This document shows, piece by piece, positions 50,962 through 62,445 of a stretch of 64,000 bases of DNA (position 1 is the stretch's first letter; the number at the start of each line of letters is the position of its first letter). A program made the position numbers and the translations under genes. The notes under the pieces were generated by a model, which did not search any database, was not told the DNA's origin, and worked only from the letters and a program-made list of their open reading frames with translations. Source of the stretch: Paramoeba atlantica (Eukaryota > Protista > Discosea); the NCBI GenBank assembly GCA_977017575.1, contig CDRNVI010000032.1, positions 254,075 to 318,074 of the forward strand, read 5' to 3'.

Positions 50962-53619
50962 CTAATTTGAAAGAATATTTCGCAACTCGGAAGCATATTG
51001 AAATGATCTTGAAGCGTACTCGGCGGAATGCAGTACTTGCTGTGGAAGGCCAGCTAACTGCGCAACGCTAAGCCCGAAGGAGCTTTCGGCTCGTCCTGGT
51101 CTGATTTGATACTGCATTACTATATCTTTTTTCATTCCCACAGGAACATTTTTTAGCACTCGCTTTTCTTGACACACTTTAGCCTCCGCGTATCCCATAC
51201 AGGAAAGGCTGCAAGGAGGACAAAGTTCTTGTAGATAGGTAAAATGAGTTACAAATATCGTCACGCACCCCTTTTTAAGAAAAAAGGAAAGACAGGCATA
51301 TGCCACGGCGGTCCCATCAAACGTGCTTGTACCGCGACCAATTTCGTCCAAAAGCACAAGAGATTGACTTGTACTTGAGCGCATGATGGCGCTTGTTTCT
51401 GTCATTTCGTACATAAAAGTAGATCTTCCGCGTATTTTACTTACGTCATCCTTCGAACCCATTCGAGTATAGATACCATCGAACGGACTAAAAGTCATAC
51501 ACTCTGCCGGAACAAAGCTTCCTATTTGAGCAAGCAGAGAAAGTACGCCAACCATCTTTAAATATACCGATTTGCCACCTGTGTTCGGTCCCGTGAGCAT
51601 CATGCAGCATCCGCCCTTTGATAAAGATACAGAATTACTCACGTAAGCTTCGCCTCGAAGTTGTTCTACAACTGGATGACGACCATTCTTCACCTCTATT
51701 CCTGTAGTCTGTGAGATTTGAGGGCGTACATACTTCCCTCCTCTTGAGGAAACGCAAACTAAACTGAATATTGAGTCTAATATTCCCAGAGCTCTGATAG
51801 TTTTCTGTAGGGTGCTGTAATAGGACTGGGAAATTAACTCCAATTTTTCTACCCACTTCGTGCGGTAGAATACTTCCGCCTTTTCTTTTGCCCACGCTAT
51901 CTTGTTCATGTACGATTTTATCGTCTTTGTATGGTATCGAGTTAATGATTTCGTTCTAGATTCTAAAATCCAATCAACCGGTATTTGTGATTCCATTTCA
52001 TGAGGAACTTCAATAAGCCACGTCACGTCGGCCACCGTTCTATAAGAAAAACGCGATCGCGGTTGACCAAGAACTGCGCAAATGTCTGTCGCATGATCGT
52101 TAAGAAGATACCGTTCAAGATCCTGTACTTTTTTTGCTTCTTCGTTCGGCACATCTTGAAAAAGAACCGAGGGTTTGCCTTCTTTCCAATCTTGAACTGA
52201 GTGCTCATTTAAGATGACTTCTGCAACAACCAGTCCGGCAGATACATCTTCAAGCTCAAAGCAAAGACGGTTCGAAACAGATTCAAGTAGTTGAGGTAAT
52301 TTCTGAAATTGCATCATGCTTCTCAAGAAAGAAAATAGGTGAGTAATAGAACATCTTGCGCTAGCAATACGTTGAAGCTGAGCCTCCAAATCTTGTACAC
52401 GAAGAGGATCCAGAAAACATTGAGTAGCAGCCTCGCAAATTTCCTTATTTGTAAGAAAAAATTCTACCGTGCCATAACGTTGATTTAAAGTAGTAGGGTC
52501 CCGAGTTGGATTCAAAATCCACTTGCGTAATTGTCTTGTACCAAAAGCAGTCGCCGTATGATGCAGGTAGTTCCACAAACTAAGTTTGGTGTCACATTCA
52601 GTACTCTGAAAAATTTCAAGTTGTCGAACTGTGTCAATAGAAAGGTTGACGAAAGATCCAGTTGGAATTGCTTTCCTAATATTTTTGACCAACGCAGTCT
52701 GTTTAGTTAACGGTTCTAAATACTCATTTAGCTTGTTCAAGTACACACCTATGCTTGGCGCATTCATTATATCTAGCGGGCATCCCATTGTACCATCTGA
52801 AGCTAATAATCGGTCGTCAATGGTTATGTCTTGAAACCAGCCCAAATAAACGTGACCACTTGCATCATCGCAATTTATCCCACGATTAATGCTTAAAAAT
52901 GTTTGATACCAATTCAGTCTCGCATTGGACGTATCATGAGACAATAGCAAATCTGATGCCTCCAATTTACATAAAAGACTCTCAAGTTCAATATCATCGC
53001 TAAAATGACACCATTCCATGAGAGGTTCACGATTTTCCCATAATGATGTCCAAACAATGATCCTACTAAACTCGGACACAATAACTATGCGATGGAGCGT
53101 TTCGGAATGAGCTTTGGTTTCTGTAAAAAACTCTGGACATAGTATCCAAGTCCCCATCGTGTATACTTCACATAATGAACGTTCAAAAAGTCCTTTCCCT
53201 CCCTCTTCAGCTCGTCCATGTGCCGTTTCTGTTTGACGCACAATACCCACCTTGAAGCCTAAATAAACGAGTTTGGCAACGTGATGGTAAGTTCGCAACA
53301 CCGGTACACTAGCTGTGTGAAAAATAGCACCTTCTTTTAAAATGCACATAATGCGCAAATGCTTTGAGGCTATTTCAGCATCTCGTCCGTAGAGTATCAT
53401 CTTGTATCCACACTCCACGAGGAGGATAGTATCTTTATTTTGCTGTTTCAAAGTAATATATTGACGTTCGAGTGGTGTAGGCGTACATGTACGAGGTTCA
53501 ATAGTATGTATACGTGCGCTGATTTCTCGCATTATGTCTTCGCTGACCAAAGTATTTGCGGTGCAATGTGGACGTTTGCGTACGGGCATGTACACCGTTG
53601 GAATAGTTTGAGAAAACAA
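50962..53619 (-). CDS. MSH3: DNA mismatch repair protein MSH3
   Basis: TPLERQY..LK..NKDTILLVECGYK..YGRDAEIAS is an MSH3-type domain I. Also Walker A TGPNTGGKS, STFMYEM, LDEIGRGTST and FVTHF. Confidence 0.92.
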   Translation of the reverse strand: MFSQTIPTVYMPVRKRPHCTANTLVSEDIMREISARIHTIEPRTCTPTPLERQYITLKQQNKDTILLVECGYKMILYGRDAEIASKHLRIMCILKEGAIFHTASVPVLRTYHHVAKLVYLGFKVGIVRQTETAHGRAEEGGKGLFERSLCEVYTMGTWILCPEFFTETKAHSETLHRIVIVSEFSRIIVWTSLWENREPLMEWCHFSDDIELESLLCKLEASDLLLSHDTSNARLNWYQTFLSINRGINCDDASGHVYLGWFQDITIDDRLLASDGTMGCPLDIMNAPSIGVYLNKLNEYLEPLTKQTALVKNIRKAIPTGSFVNLSIDTVRQLEIFQSTECDTKLSLWNYLHHTATAFGTRQLRKWILNPTRDPTTLNQRYGTVEFFLTNKEICEAATQCFLDPLRVQDLEAQLQRIASARCSITHLFSFLRSMMQFQKLPQLLESVSNRLCFELEDVSAGLVVAEVILNEHSVQDWKEGKPSVLFQDVPNEEAKKVQDLERYLLNDHATDICAVLGQPRSRFSYRTVADVTWLIEVPHEMESQIPVDWILESRTKSLTRYHTKTIKSYMNKIAWAKEKAEVFYRTKWVEKLELISQSYYSTLQKTIRALGILDSIFSLVCVSSRGGKYVRPQISQTTGIEVKNGRHPVVEQLRGEAYVSNSVSLSKGGCCMMLTGPNTGGKSVYLKMVGVLSLLAQIGSFVPAECMTFSPFDGIYTRMGSKDDVSKIRGRSTFMYEMTETSAIMRSSTSQSLVLLDEIGRGTSTFDGTAVAYACLSFFLKKGCVTIFVTHFTYLQELCPPCSLSCMGYAEAKVCQEKRVLKNVPVGMKKDIVMQYQIRPGRAESSFGLSVAQLAGLPQQVLHSAEYASRSFQYASELRNILSN

Positions 53620-53970
53620 GGATTTTTTTTGAAAGCAGAATCATAGGCAATTTTGTGTACATACGTTTTGTACGTACATGTTGTAGCATGGTCAAATAGG
53701 CGACAGATAATTAGGGGGATCAATGGGTGACAGACGCTAGGATATAACGGCGCAAAAAATATACTACCATCCCCCCTATTTAATAGGGCTACGCGTCCCC
53801 CCTTTAATAAGCCTATTTTGTCTAAAAAGTCAGTTTTTTTTAGGGTGGAGGAATTCTTTTTTGTGAAATCCGCCGCGAAGCGGCGGCTTTTTTTTCCGGT
53901 GCAAATACGTATTAAAAAGCAGCAATACCTTGTTTAGGAACTATAGAAAACTTCTGAAAATTATTGCCCC

Positions 53971-54531
53971 ATGAATTCTCGGGAGGATTTGGTGCCACGT
54001 GAACCGTTAAGCAATTGGATTGTTTCGCGAACTCCAGTGGCTCGTGTATCACGTGTAATCGGACCTTTTGCTTCCGGACAAGAACCTGGCATCTCTCTCT
54101 CCGAAAATTCTCTTTCAGCACGTCCCTCTCCCCCTCCCTTTGTTCCCCCATCAACACACCGCAGAAAGCACTTGTCAGTGCAAGACAAGTTGTCCGTGTG
54201 TCGTTCTTCGTCTTCCGTATCAAAAGTTGCGAAGTCGTATAGTGTTGCCGAGAAGACCGTACGGAAAATAAAGCGAGTCGGAGAAAAAGAATATCAATCA
54301 AGAATGAATTGTGGAGGTAGCAACCGGAAGCGTGAGCGAGCTTTCAATAGCTCGCGACAAGATTCTATGACAAAGGTTCATGAAACCCTTCTCGGTCTGT
54401 TGAATTGTCATAGTCCTACCACTCGGGATAGGGTGCTCCAGTTAATGAGTGAACATGGAGTATTTTGGGAAGGACTGAGTGAAAAGGCAAAAGAAAGAGC
54501 GTATAAGCACTTTCGTTACGTGTTTGGATGA
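53971..54531 (+). mobile_element. pogo/Tigger/CENP-B-like DNA-binding ORF lacking a DDE domain
   Basis: RKHLSVQDKLSVC...SVSKVAKSYSVAEKTVRKIKR...RKRER follows the CENP-B/psq HTH pattern and is followed by a second helical domain. It is on the strand opposite all cellular genes. Confidence 0.5.
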
Positions 54532-55159
54532 ACTTGGCGAAAGTTTGGAAAAACTCAAGCGATCACACCGTCAGATATTGATCAACGTAGAAGATGATGG
54601 TCGCATCATCAGTACTCGCAGCACGATGTTCGACAGTGCAGTTATGTTTTTTTCGGAGATGAAACAAGCGTTATCGTCGACGGCGAATTGAAGGGGAAAA
54701 CTTTAGCTCCAGTGGGCGCGACTTCAGTCAAAGTCTTTCGTCAGAACGAAAAGCAAACAGTGACTATTTTTCTTGCTGCTGTAAAAAAAAGTCTTTTTCA
54801 GTGGATGAAAGTTACTTTAAAGTACCTTTTATACTTTTTTTTACTATAAAACTTTTTTTTCCATTTATCCAAAAGATAGTAAAAATGCTACTGAACAGTG
54901 CAACTGATTCGCAAAATGCAGTAAAAACTAAAAAAATACTTCACACTGCTCTCATGTGACTTCCGTAACTCCGCAAGCCAGTCCCAAGCCTGGCACCGGT
55001 TCTTGCAACCGGAGGAGGAGGGAGGAAGTCAACCAAGTCATAGAACCAGATTCTTGGTATCTGGGCAAGCTGGAACACTCAGACTGACGCTAGAGTTCTA
55101 CGTTGAAAAGCGGACTTGACCTTGATGCGCAATACATGTCAGGCTGTAGTCCAGCTGTA

Positions 55160-55415
55160 GTCCCTGTGTCAAGGAATGGGGTTTGTCCCTGTGTCAAGGA
55201 ATAGGGTTCGTCCCTGTGTCAAGGAATGGGGTTTGTCCCTGTGTCAAGGAATGGGGTTTGTCCCTGTGTTACGGAATAGGGTTTGTCCCTATGTCAAAGA
55301 ATGGGGTTCGTCTCGGTGTCAATGAATAAAGCCTGTCCCTGTGTTACGGAATGGGGTTGGTCCCTGTGCGAAGGAAAGGGGTTAGTCCTTGTGGCAGGTA
55401 GTTGGGTTTGTCCGT
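55160..55415. repeat. 25-bp minisatellite, ~10 copies
   Basis: Unit GTCCCTGTGTCAAGGAATGGGGTTT at an exact 25-bp period from 55160. The left copies are near-perfect and the right copies degenerate. Confidence 0.95.
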
Positions 55416-56142
55416 GTATCGAGTATTGGTGTTCGAAGAAGATGCAAGAACGTTTACGAGATGGAAAAGTCTTTTTCTCCCTATGCCGAGAATTGAAATT
55501 CTTCATTTAGACTTCCTAAATTACGCACAGAGTACAGTATGCGGTTGTCCTAGTAAGGAGCCGGAATTCGTCTTCGAAGTCCGTTTGGGCTTCTGAGGAT
55601 ATTAAGTGTGGTAAAAATTATGACTTTGGGTTTATTGACGGAAGATGTTCAAGTTTGTCTCGTACGACGAAAATGTGTCAATTTAGTCCAAGGGAGGGGC
55701 GTCTATTCAGAAGGATACTTTGGGGGGTGGTTCTGAAAGATGTTGTCAGAGATCCGGTAGATAGAGAGCAGGTCAGAGAGATGGGGAAGAGGAGCCGGTT
55801 GCGGGGTCTGTTCTCCAAAAGATTAAAAGACTAAAAAATCTAAAGTACGATAAAAAGAAACTACGTACGAGCGCCAAGATCCGTCATAATACACAACCAT
55901 TTCGTTTGTGGAGCGTCGCACACAGTGTGCGTGTGTTTTGCCCCACGACGCCGCTGTGGTCTATGTTGAGGAAATGGGAGGTGAAGCATTCATTCTATAC
56001 CCGATACTACAAATAACATTAATGTCATAGAAAGCATATTAAGGCTTTGTGCAAAAATGAAGGAAATGCACAAAGAACCTCAGATCGTTGCTGTCGTAGT
56101 GGGTATGCGAGGCTTCCCGAACTCAATAGTTTTCACAAACGC

Positions 56143-56571
56143 TTAGAAGCGTTCGCCGCGGAGACGGCGGGCGAGCTGGACGTCCTTCGGCATGATGGTT
56201 ACCCGGCGACCGTGGATAGCGCACAGACAGGTGTCCGCGAACAAGTTGACCATGTGGGCCTCCGTTGCCTCCTGCATGGCGAGGACGGCGCTGGCTTGGA
56301 AACGCAGACCATCTTTGCCGCTGAGAGCAATCTCACGGACCAGACGCTGGAAGGGAAGCTTGCGGAGGAGAAGTTCAGTGCCCTTCTGGTACTTTTTGAT
56401 GTCACGGAGGGCAACGGTCCCCGGGCGAAAGCGGTGGGGCTTCTTGGTGCCACTGGAGCCGCTGGACGCTTTCTTCGCCTTGGAAGAGCTTGTCTTCTTG
56501 CCCTTGGAGGCGAGACCGGCGCGTGGTACCTTCCCCGTAGACTTACGAGACGATTCCTTGGTGCGAGCCAT
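56143..56571 (-). CDS. H3: Histone H3, copy 1 (start at MARTK)
   Basis: [35 protein letters not shown] and [19 protein letters not shown]. Confidence 0.97.
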   Translation of the reverse strand: MARTKESSRKSTGKVPRAGLASKGKKTSSSKAKKASSGSSGTKKPHRFRPGTVALRDIKKYQKGTELLLRKLPFQRLVREIALSGKDGLRFQASAVLAMQEATEAHMVNLFADTCLCAIHGRRVTIMPKDVQLARRLRGERF

Positions 56572-56896
56572 GAGTGAAAATGAGGATAGATAGTAAAAAT
56601 GTCTGGTTTTCAATAGAACAGGTTTCTTCGGTTTGTCACAATAAATTTTGAAAAGAGGGGCGAGCAATATCAAGAATGTACCTCACATAAGATGGAGCCG
56701 GTGCATGCATACATTCTCATAAGGTCATGAATACAGTGTAAATCGTACTTGTCCGTCACAGAATGAAACTCACTGCTAAGTATACCTTAATAGTGAACAC
56801 GACGGCTTTGTACGTTTGAATAACATTTTTTACAACAAAGTTCATGACGATCGGATGCTGCACCTCTGCATGCTACCTGGTCGAACCACACAGCAT

Positions 56897-57223
56897 TTAG
56901 TGGGAGGCCAACTTGGCGACAGCCTTCGTGCCCTCAGCCATTGCGTGCTTTGCGAGCTCCGCGGGAAGAGTCAGGCGCACTGCGGTTTGTACTTCGCGGG
57001 AAGTCAACGTTTTGGTCTTGTTGAAGCGCGTGAGGGAGGCTGCCTCGACGGCAAGGCGCTCAAAGATGTCTTGCACGAAAGAGTTCACAACTTTGATCCC
57101 TTTGCTACTGAATCCCACGTTTTTGTGGATCTGCTTCAGGGTGCGGTAGATGTAGGTGTTGAAGGTTTTCTTGGACTTGCGGTGACCAGAGCTCTTCTTT
57201 GCGACTTTAGCTGCTTTCGCCAT
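56897..57223 (-). CDS. H2B: Histone H2B, copy 1
   Basis: [42 protein letters not shown] and [14 protein letters not shown]. Confidence 0.97.
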   Translation of the reverse strand: MAKAAKVAKKSSGHRKSKKTFNTYIYRTLKQIHKNVGFSSKGIKVVNSFVQDIFERLAVEAASLTRFNKTKTLTSREVQTAVRLTLPAELAKHAMAEGTKAVAKLASH

Positions 57224-57550
57224 GTGTTATAAAGTAGAGTAGGAGAAAAAGAAGGATAAGGGTGAAGAATTGAGGTTACGTAATGAACGGTTTAAGTTTT
57301 AGATGTATTAAGAACCGTGGTAAGTATCACCCACGCGATACTCCACCAGTATCCTAGTATGATATGCGTAATGTCGTTGATTGCATCCGCCGAAACTTCA
57401 CAAAATGTAGCTCTACTGAGCCAAGGTACATGTCAATACATGCCTAGGATGGTGCATAAGAAAGGGAAGCACCATGCTAGAAGGATCTCACAAGGGTACC
57501 GATTGTGTGACGTGACGCGGGACAACGTATTATAACGCACTCATTGCACC

Positions 57551-57949
57551 TTACACCTGTTGGCTGCTCGCCTTGCGGGATGCCTTCTTCTTCTTGAGCA
57601 TGTCGTGAAGGTTGGGAAGTACGCCGCCCTGAGTGAAGGTGACGTTGCTTAGCAGCTGAGAAAGCTCCTCGTCGTGACGGACGGCGAGTGTGACGGCACG
57701 AGGGGTAATACGCTTCTTGTGGTGCTGGCCCGCAACCTTACCGGAGAGCTCGAGAAGCTCGGCAGTGAGGTACTCCAACACAGCGGCGAGGTACACCGGG
57801 GCGGCGGAGGCCACACGCTTGGTGTAGCGTCCACGGCGGAGCATGGAGCCGATGCGGCCCACGGGAAAGATCAGACCCGTCTTCGCGCCACGGCTCTTCT
57901 GGCTGCTCTTGGTGCTCTTCGCCTTCTTGCTGCTCTTCGGGGTAGCCAT
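57551..57949 (-). CDS. H2A: Histone H2A, copy 1 (start at MATPK)
   Basis: [37 protein letters not shown] and QGGVLPN. Confidence 0.97.
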   Translation of the reverse strand: MATPKSSKKAKSTKSSQKSRGAKTGLIFPVGRIGSMLRRGRYTKRVASAAPVYLAAVLEYLTAELLELSGKVAGQHHKKRITPRAVTLAVRHDEELSQLLSNVTFTQGGVLPNLHDMLKKKKASRKASSQQV

Positions 57950-58269
57950 AGTGATAGGAATAAGAGAGAAAAGTAATAAGAGTTCTTTCAAAAAATAGTA
58001 GTTGTTACGAATGAGTGAATGGACAAAGAAGACGTGATGTATTGCTTATGAGCGCATTATAGTTTTCTTACGAAGAGTTGATTCATAGGTCAATTGTTTT
58101 CTCCAAACGGCGGAATGTTTCAAGCGCTAGTATGATACCAGAGAAGCAACTCAAGACTCATACGAAAGAAATTGCGCACAGAAATGATTCACGGGGACAG
58201 AGAGAGAACCCGACGATTACCCTTGTGGAGATTCAGACCCGTTGCATCAACATGTGTTCAGTGTCATCC

Positions 58270-58578
58270 TTATGCGTATCCGTACAACATGCGTCCACGC
58301 TTGCGGAGAGCGTACACGACGTCGAGAGCAGTGACCGTCTGGCGCTTGCTGTGCTCAGTGTACGTCACGCTGTCACGGACAACGCCCTCCACGAAAGACT
58401 TGAGGATCCCACGGACCTCTTCGTACATGATTCCGCTGATGCGCTTGACACCACCACGGCGCGCAAGGCGGCGAATTGCGGGCTTTGTGATTCCGCGGAT
58501 GTTGTCCTTCAATGCCTTCTTTTGGCGTTTCGTGCCGTGTGCGCCCTTAGCATCACCAGATTTCTTGCCTTTCGCCAT
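58270..58578 (-). CDS. H4: Histone H4, copy 1 (start at MAKGKK)
   Basis: [25 protein letters not shown] and [15 protein letters not shown], with a kinetoplastid-type N-terminus. Confidence 0.97.
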   Translation of the reverse strand: MAKGKKSGDAKGAHGTKRQKKALKDNIRGITKPAIRRLARRGGVKRISGIMYEEVRGILKSFVEGVVRDSVTYTEHSKRQTVTALDVVYALRKRGRMLYGYA

Positions 58579-58912
58579 TTGAAATGAATAGGAAGTAAGA
58601 TGAAAAAATCTAAAGTACGATAAAAAGAAACTACGTACGAGCGCCAAGATCCGTCATAATACACAACCATTTCGTTTGTGGAGCGTCGCACACAGTGTGC
58701 GTGTGTTTTGCCCCACGACGCCGCTGTGGTCTATGTTGAGGGAATGGGAGGTGAAGCATTCATCCTATACCCGATACTACAAATAACATTAATGTCATAG
58801 AAAGCATATTAAGGCTTTGTGCAAAAATGAAGGAAATGCACAAAGAACCTCCGATCGTTGCTGTCGTAGTGGGTATGCGAGGCTTCCCGAACTCAATGGA
58901 TTTCACAAACGC

Positions 58913-59341
58913 TTAGAAGCGTTCGCCGCGGAGACGGCGGGCGAGCTGGACGTCCTTCGGCATAATGGTTACCCGGCGACCGTGGATAGCGCACAGACAG
59001 GTGTCCGCGAACAAGTTGACCATGTGGGCCTCCGTTGCCTCCTGCATGGCGAGGACGGCGCTGGCTTGGAAACGCAGACCATCTTTGCCGCTGAGAGCAA
59101 TCTCACGGACCAGACGCTGGAAGGGAAGCTTGCGGAGGAGAAGTTCAGTGCCCTTCTGGTACTTTTTGATGTCACGGAGGGCGACGGTCCCCGGGCGAAA
59201 GCGGTGGGGTTTCTTGGTGCCACTGGAGCCGCTGGACGCTTTCTTCGCCTTGGAAGAGCTTGTCTTCTTGCCTTTGGAGACGAGACCAGCGCGTGGTACC
59301 TTCCCCGTAGATTTACGAGACGATTCCTTGGTGCGAGCCAT
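58913..59341 (-). CDS. H3: Histone H3, copy 2
   Basis: As copy 1, with GLVSKG in place of GLASKG. Confidence 0.97.
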   Translation of the reverse strand: MARTKESSRKSTGKVPRAGLVSKGKKTSSSKAKKASSGSSGTKKPHRFRPGTVALRDIKKYQKGTELLLRKLPFQRLVREIALSGKDGLRFQASAVLAMQEATEAHMVNLFADTCLCAIHGRRVTIMPKDVQLARRLRGERF

Positions 59342-59672
59342 GAGTGAAAATGAGGATAGATAGTAAAAATGTCTGGTTTTCAATAGAACAGGTTTCTTCG
59401 GTTTGTCACAATAAATTTTGAAAAGAGGGGCGAGCAATATCAAGAATGTACCTCACATAAGATGGAGCCGGTGCATGCATACATTCTCATAAGGTCATGA
59501 ATACAGTGTAAATCGTACTTGTCCGTCACAGAATGAAACTCACTGCTAAGTATACCTTAATAGTGAACACGACGGCTTTGTACGTTTGAATAACATTTTT
59601 TACAACAAAGTTCGAACAAATGACGATCGGATGCTGCACCTCTGCATGCTACCTGGTCGAACCACACAGCAT

Positions 59673-59999
59673 TTAGTGGGAGGCCAACTTGGCGACAGCC
59701 TTCGTGCCCTCAGCCATTGCGTGCTTTGCGAGCTCCGCGGGAAGAGTCAGGCGCACTGCGGTTTGTACTTCGCGGGAAGTCAACGTTTTGGTCTTGTTGA
59801 AGCGCGTGAGGGAGGCTGCCTCGACGGCAAGGCGCTCAAAGATGTCTTGCACGAAAGAGTTCACAACTTTGATCCCTTTGCTACTGAATCCCACGTTTTT
59901 GTGGATCTGCTTCAGGGTGCGGTAGATGTAGGTGTTGAAGGTTTTCTTGGACTTGCGGTGACCAGAGCTCTTCTTTGCGACTTTAGCTGCTTTCGCCAT
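59673..59999 (-). CDS. H2B: Histone H2B, copy 2
   Basis: Protein identical to copy 1. Confidence 0.97.
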   Translation of the reverse strand: MAKAAKVAKKSSGHRKSKKTFNTYIYRTLKQIHKNVGFSSKGIKVVNSFVQDIFERLAVEAASLTRFNKTKTLTSREVQTAVRLTLPAELAKHAMAEGTKAVAKLASH

Positions 60000-60323
60000 G
60001 TGTTATAAAGTAGAGTAGGAGAAAAAGAAGGATAAGGGTGAAGAATTGAGGTTACGTAATGAACGGTTTAAGTTTTACATGTATTGAGAACCGTGGTAAG
60101 TATCACCCACGCGATACTCCACCAGTATCCTAGTATGATGTGCGCAATGTCGTTGATTGCATCCGCCGAAACTTCACAAAATGTAGCTCTACTGAGCCAA
60201 GGTACATGTCAATACATGCCTAGGATGGTGCATAAGAAAGGGAAGCACCATGCTAGAAGGATCTCACAAGGGTACCGATTGTGTGACGTGACGCGGGACG
60301 TATTATAACGCACTCATTGCACC

Positions 60324-60722
60324 TTACACCTGTTGGCTGCTCGCCTTGCGGGATGCCTTCTTCTTCTTGAGCATGTCGTGAAGGTTGGGAAGTACGCCGC
60401 CCTGAGTGAAGGTGACGTTGCTTAGCAGCTGAGAAAGCTCCTCGTCGTGACGGACGGCGAGTGTGACGGCACGAGGGGTAATACGCTTCTTATGGTGCTG
60501 GCCCGCAACCTTACCGGAGAGCTCGAGAAGCTCGGCAGTGAGGTACTCCAACACAGCGGCGAGGTACACCGGGGCGGCGGAGGCCACACGCTTGGTGTAG
60601 CGTCCACGGCGGAGCATGGAGCCGATGCGGCCCACGGGAAAGATCAGACCCGTCTTCGCGCCACGGCTCTTCTGGCTGCTCTTGGTGCTCTTCGCCTTCT
60701 TGCTGCTCTTCGGGGTAGCCAT
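60324..60722 (-). CDS. H2A: Histone H2A, copy 2
   Basis: Protein identical to copy 1. Confidence 0.97.
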   Translation of the reverse strand: MATPKSSKKAKSTKSSQKSRGAKTGLIFPVGRIGSMLRRGRYTKRVASAAPVYLAAVLEYLTAELLELSGKVAGQHHKKRITPRAVTLAVRHDEELSQLLSNVTFTQGGVLPNLHDMLKKKKASRKASSQQV

Positions 60723-61042
60723 AGTGATAGGAATAAGAGAGAAAAGTAATAAGAGTTCTTTCAAAAAATAGTAGTTGTTACGAATGAGTGAATGGACAAA
60801 TAAGACGTGATGTATTGCTTATGAGCGCATTATAGTTTTCTTACGAAGAGTTGATTCATAGGTCAATTGTTTTCTCCAAACGGCGGAATGTTTCAAGCGC
60901 TAGTATGATACCAGAGAAGCAACTCAAGACTCATACGAAAGAAATTGCGCACAGAAATGATTCACGGGGACAGAGAGAGAACCCGACGATTACCCTTGTG
61001 GAGATTCAGACCCATTGCATCAACATGTGTTCAGTGTCATCC

Positions 61043-61351
61043 TTATGCGTATCCGTACAACATGCGTCCACGCTTGCGGAGAGCGTACACGACGTCGAGA
61101 GCAGTGACCGTCTGGCGCTTGCTGTGCTCAGTGTACGTCACGCTGTCACGGACAACGCCCTCCACGAAAGACTTGAGGATCCCACGGACCTCTTCGTACA
61201 TGATTCCGCTGATGCGCTTGACACCACCACGGCGCGCAAGGCGGCAAATTGCGGGCTTTGTGATTCCGCGGATGTTGTCCTTCAATGCCTTCTTTTGGCG
61301 TTTCGTGCCGTGTGCGCCCTTAGCATCACCAGATTTCTTGCCTTTCGCCAT
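61043..61351 (-). CDS. H4: Histone H4, copy 2 (Arg to Cys variant)
   Basis: Reads [12 protein letters not shown] instead of [12 protein letters not shown]. Confidence 0.95.
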   Translation of the reverse strand: MAKGKKSGDAKGAHGTKRQKKALKDNIRGITKPAICRLARRGGVKRISGIMYEEVRGILKSFVEGVVRDSVTYTEHSKRQTVTALDVVYALRKRGRMLYGYA

Positions 61352-61685
61352 TTGAAATGAATAGGAAGTAAGATGAAAAAATCTAAAGTACGATAAAAAG
61401 AAACTACGTACGAGCGCCAAGATCCGTCATAATACACAACCATTTCGTTTGTGGAGCGTCGCACACAGTGTGCGTGTGTTTTGCCCCACGACGCCGCTGT
61501 GGTCTATGTTGAGGGAATGGGAGGTGAAGCATTCATTCTATACCCGATACTACAAATAACATTAATGTCATAGAAAGCATATTAAGGCTTTGTGCAAAAA
61601 TGAAGGAAATGCACAAAGAACCTCAGATCGTTGCTGTCGTAGTGGGTATGCGAGGCTTCCCGAACTCAATGGATTTCACAAACGC

Positions 61686-62114
61686 TTAGAAGCGTTCGCC
61701 GCGGAGACGGCGGGCGAGCTGGACGTCCTTCGGCATGATGGTTACCCGGCGACCGTGGATAGCGCACAGACAGGTGTCCGCGAACAAGTTGACCATGTGG
61801 GCCTCCGTTGCCTCCTGCATGGCGAGGACGGCGCTGGCTTGGAAACGCAGACCATCTTTGCCGCTGAGAGCAATCTCACGGACCAGACGCTGGAAGGGAA
61901 GCTTGCGGAGGAGAAGTTCAGTGCCCTTCTGGTACTTTTTGATGTCACGGAGGGCGACGGTCCCCGGGCGAAAGCGGTGGGGTTTCTTGGTGCCACTGGA
62001 GCCGCTGGACGCTTTCTTCGCCTTGGAAGAGCTTGTCTTCTTGCCTTTGGAGACGAGACCAGCGCGTGGTACCTTCCCCGTAGATTTACGAGACGATTCC
62101 TTGGTGCGAGCCAT
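61686..62114 (-). CDS. H3: Histone H3, copy 3
   Basis: Mature protein as copy 2. Confidence 0.97.
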   Translation of the reverse strand: MARTKESSRKSTGKVPRAGLVSKGKKTSSSKAKKASSGSSGTKKPHRFRPGTVALRDIKKYQKGTELLLRKLPFQRLVREIALSGKDGLRFQASAVLAMQEATEAHMVNLFADTCLCAIHGRRVTIMPKDVQLARRLRGERF

Positions 62115-62445
62115 GAGTGAAAATGAGGATAGATAGTAAAAATGTCTGGTTTTCAATAGAACAGGTTTCTTCGGTTTGTCACAATAAATTTTGAAAAGAG
62201 GGGTGAGCAATATCAAGAATGTACCTCACATAAGATGGAGCCGGTGCATGCATGCATTCTCATAGTGTCATGAATACAGTGTAAATCGTACTTGTCCGTC
62301 ACAGAATGAAACTCACTGCTAAGTATACCTTAATAGTGAACACGACGGCTTTGTACGTTTGAATAACATTTTTTACAACAAAGTTCGAACAAATGACGAT
62401 CGGATGCTGCACCTCTGCATGCTACCTGGTCGAACCACACAGCAT

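Noticed and set aside
55160-55415. CRISPR array
   Set aside because: The units are contiguous with no unique spacers, there are no cas genes, and the context is eukaryotic.
56572-56673. N-terminal extensions on the H3, H2A, H4, MPK5 and PSMA5 ORFs
   Set aside because: The extensions translate pyrimidine-rich 5' flanks. Homology begins at the downstream ATG.
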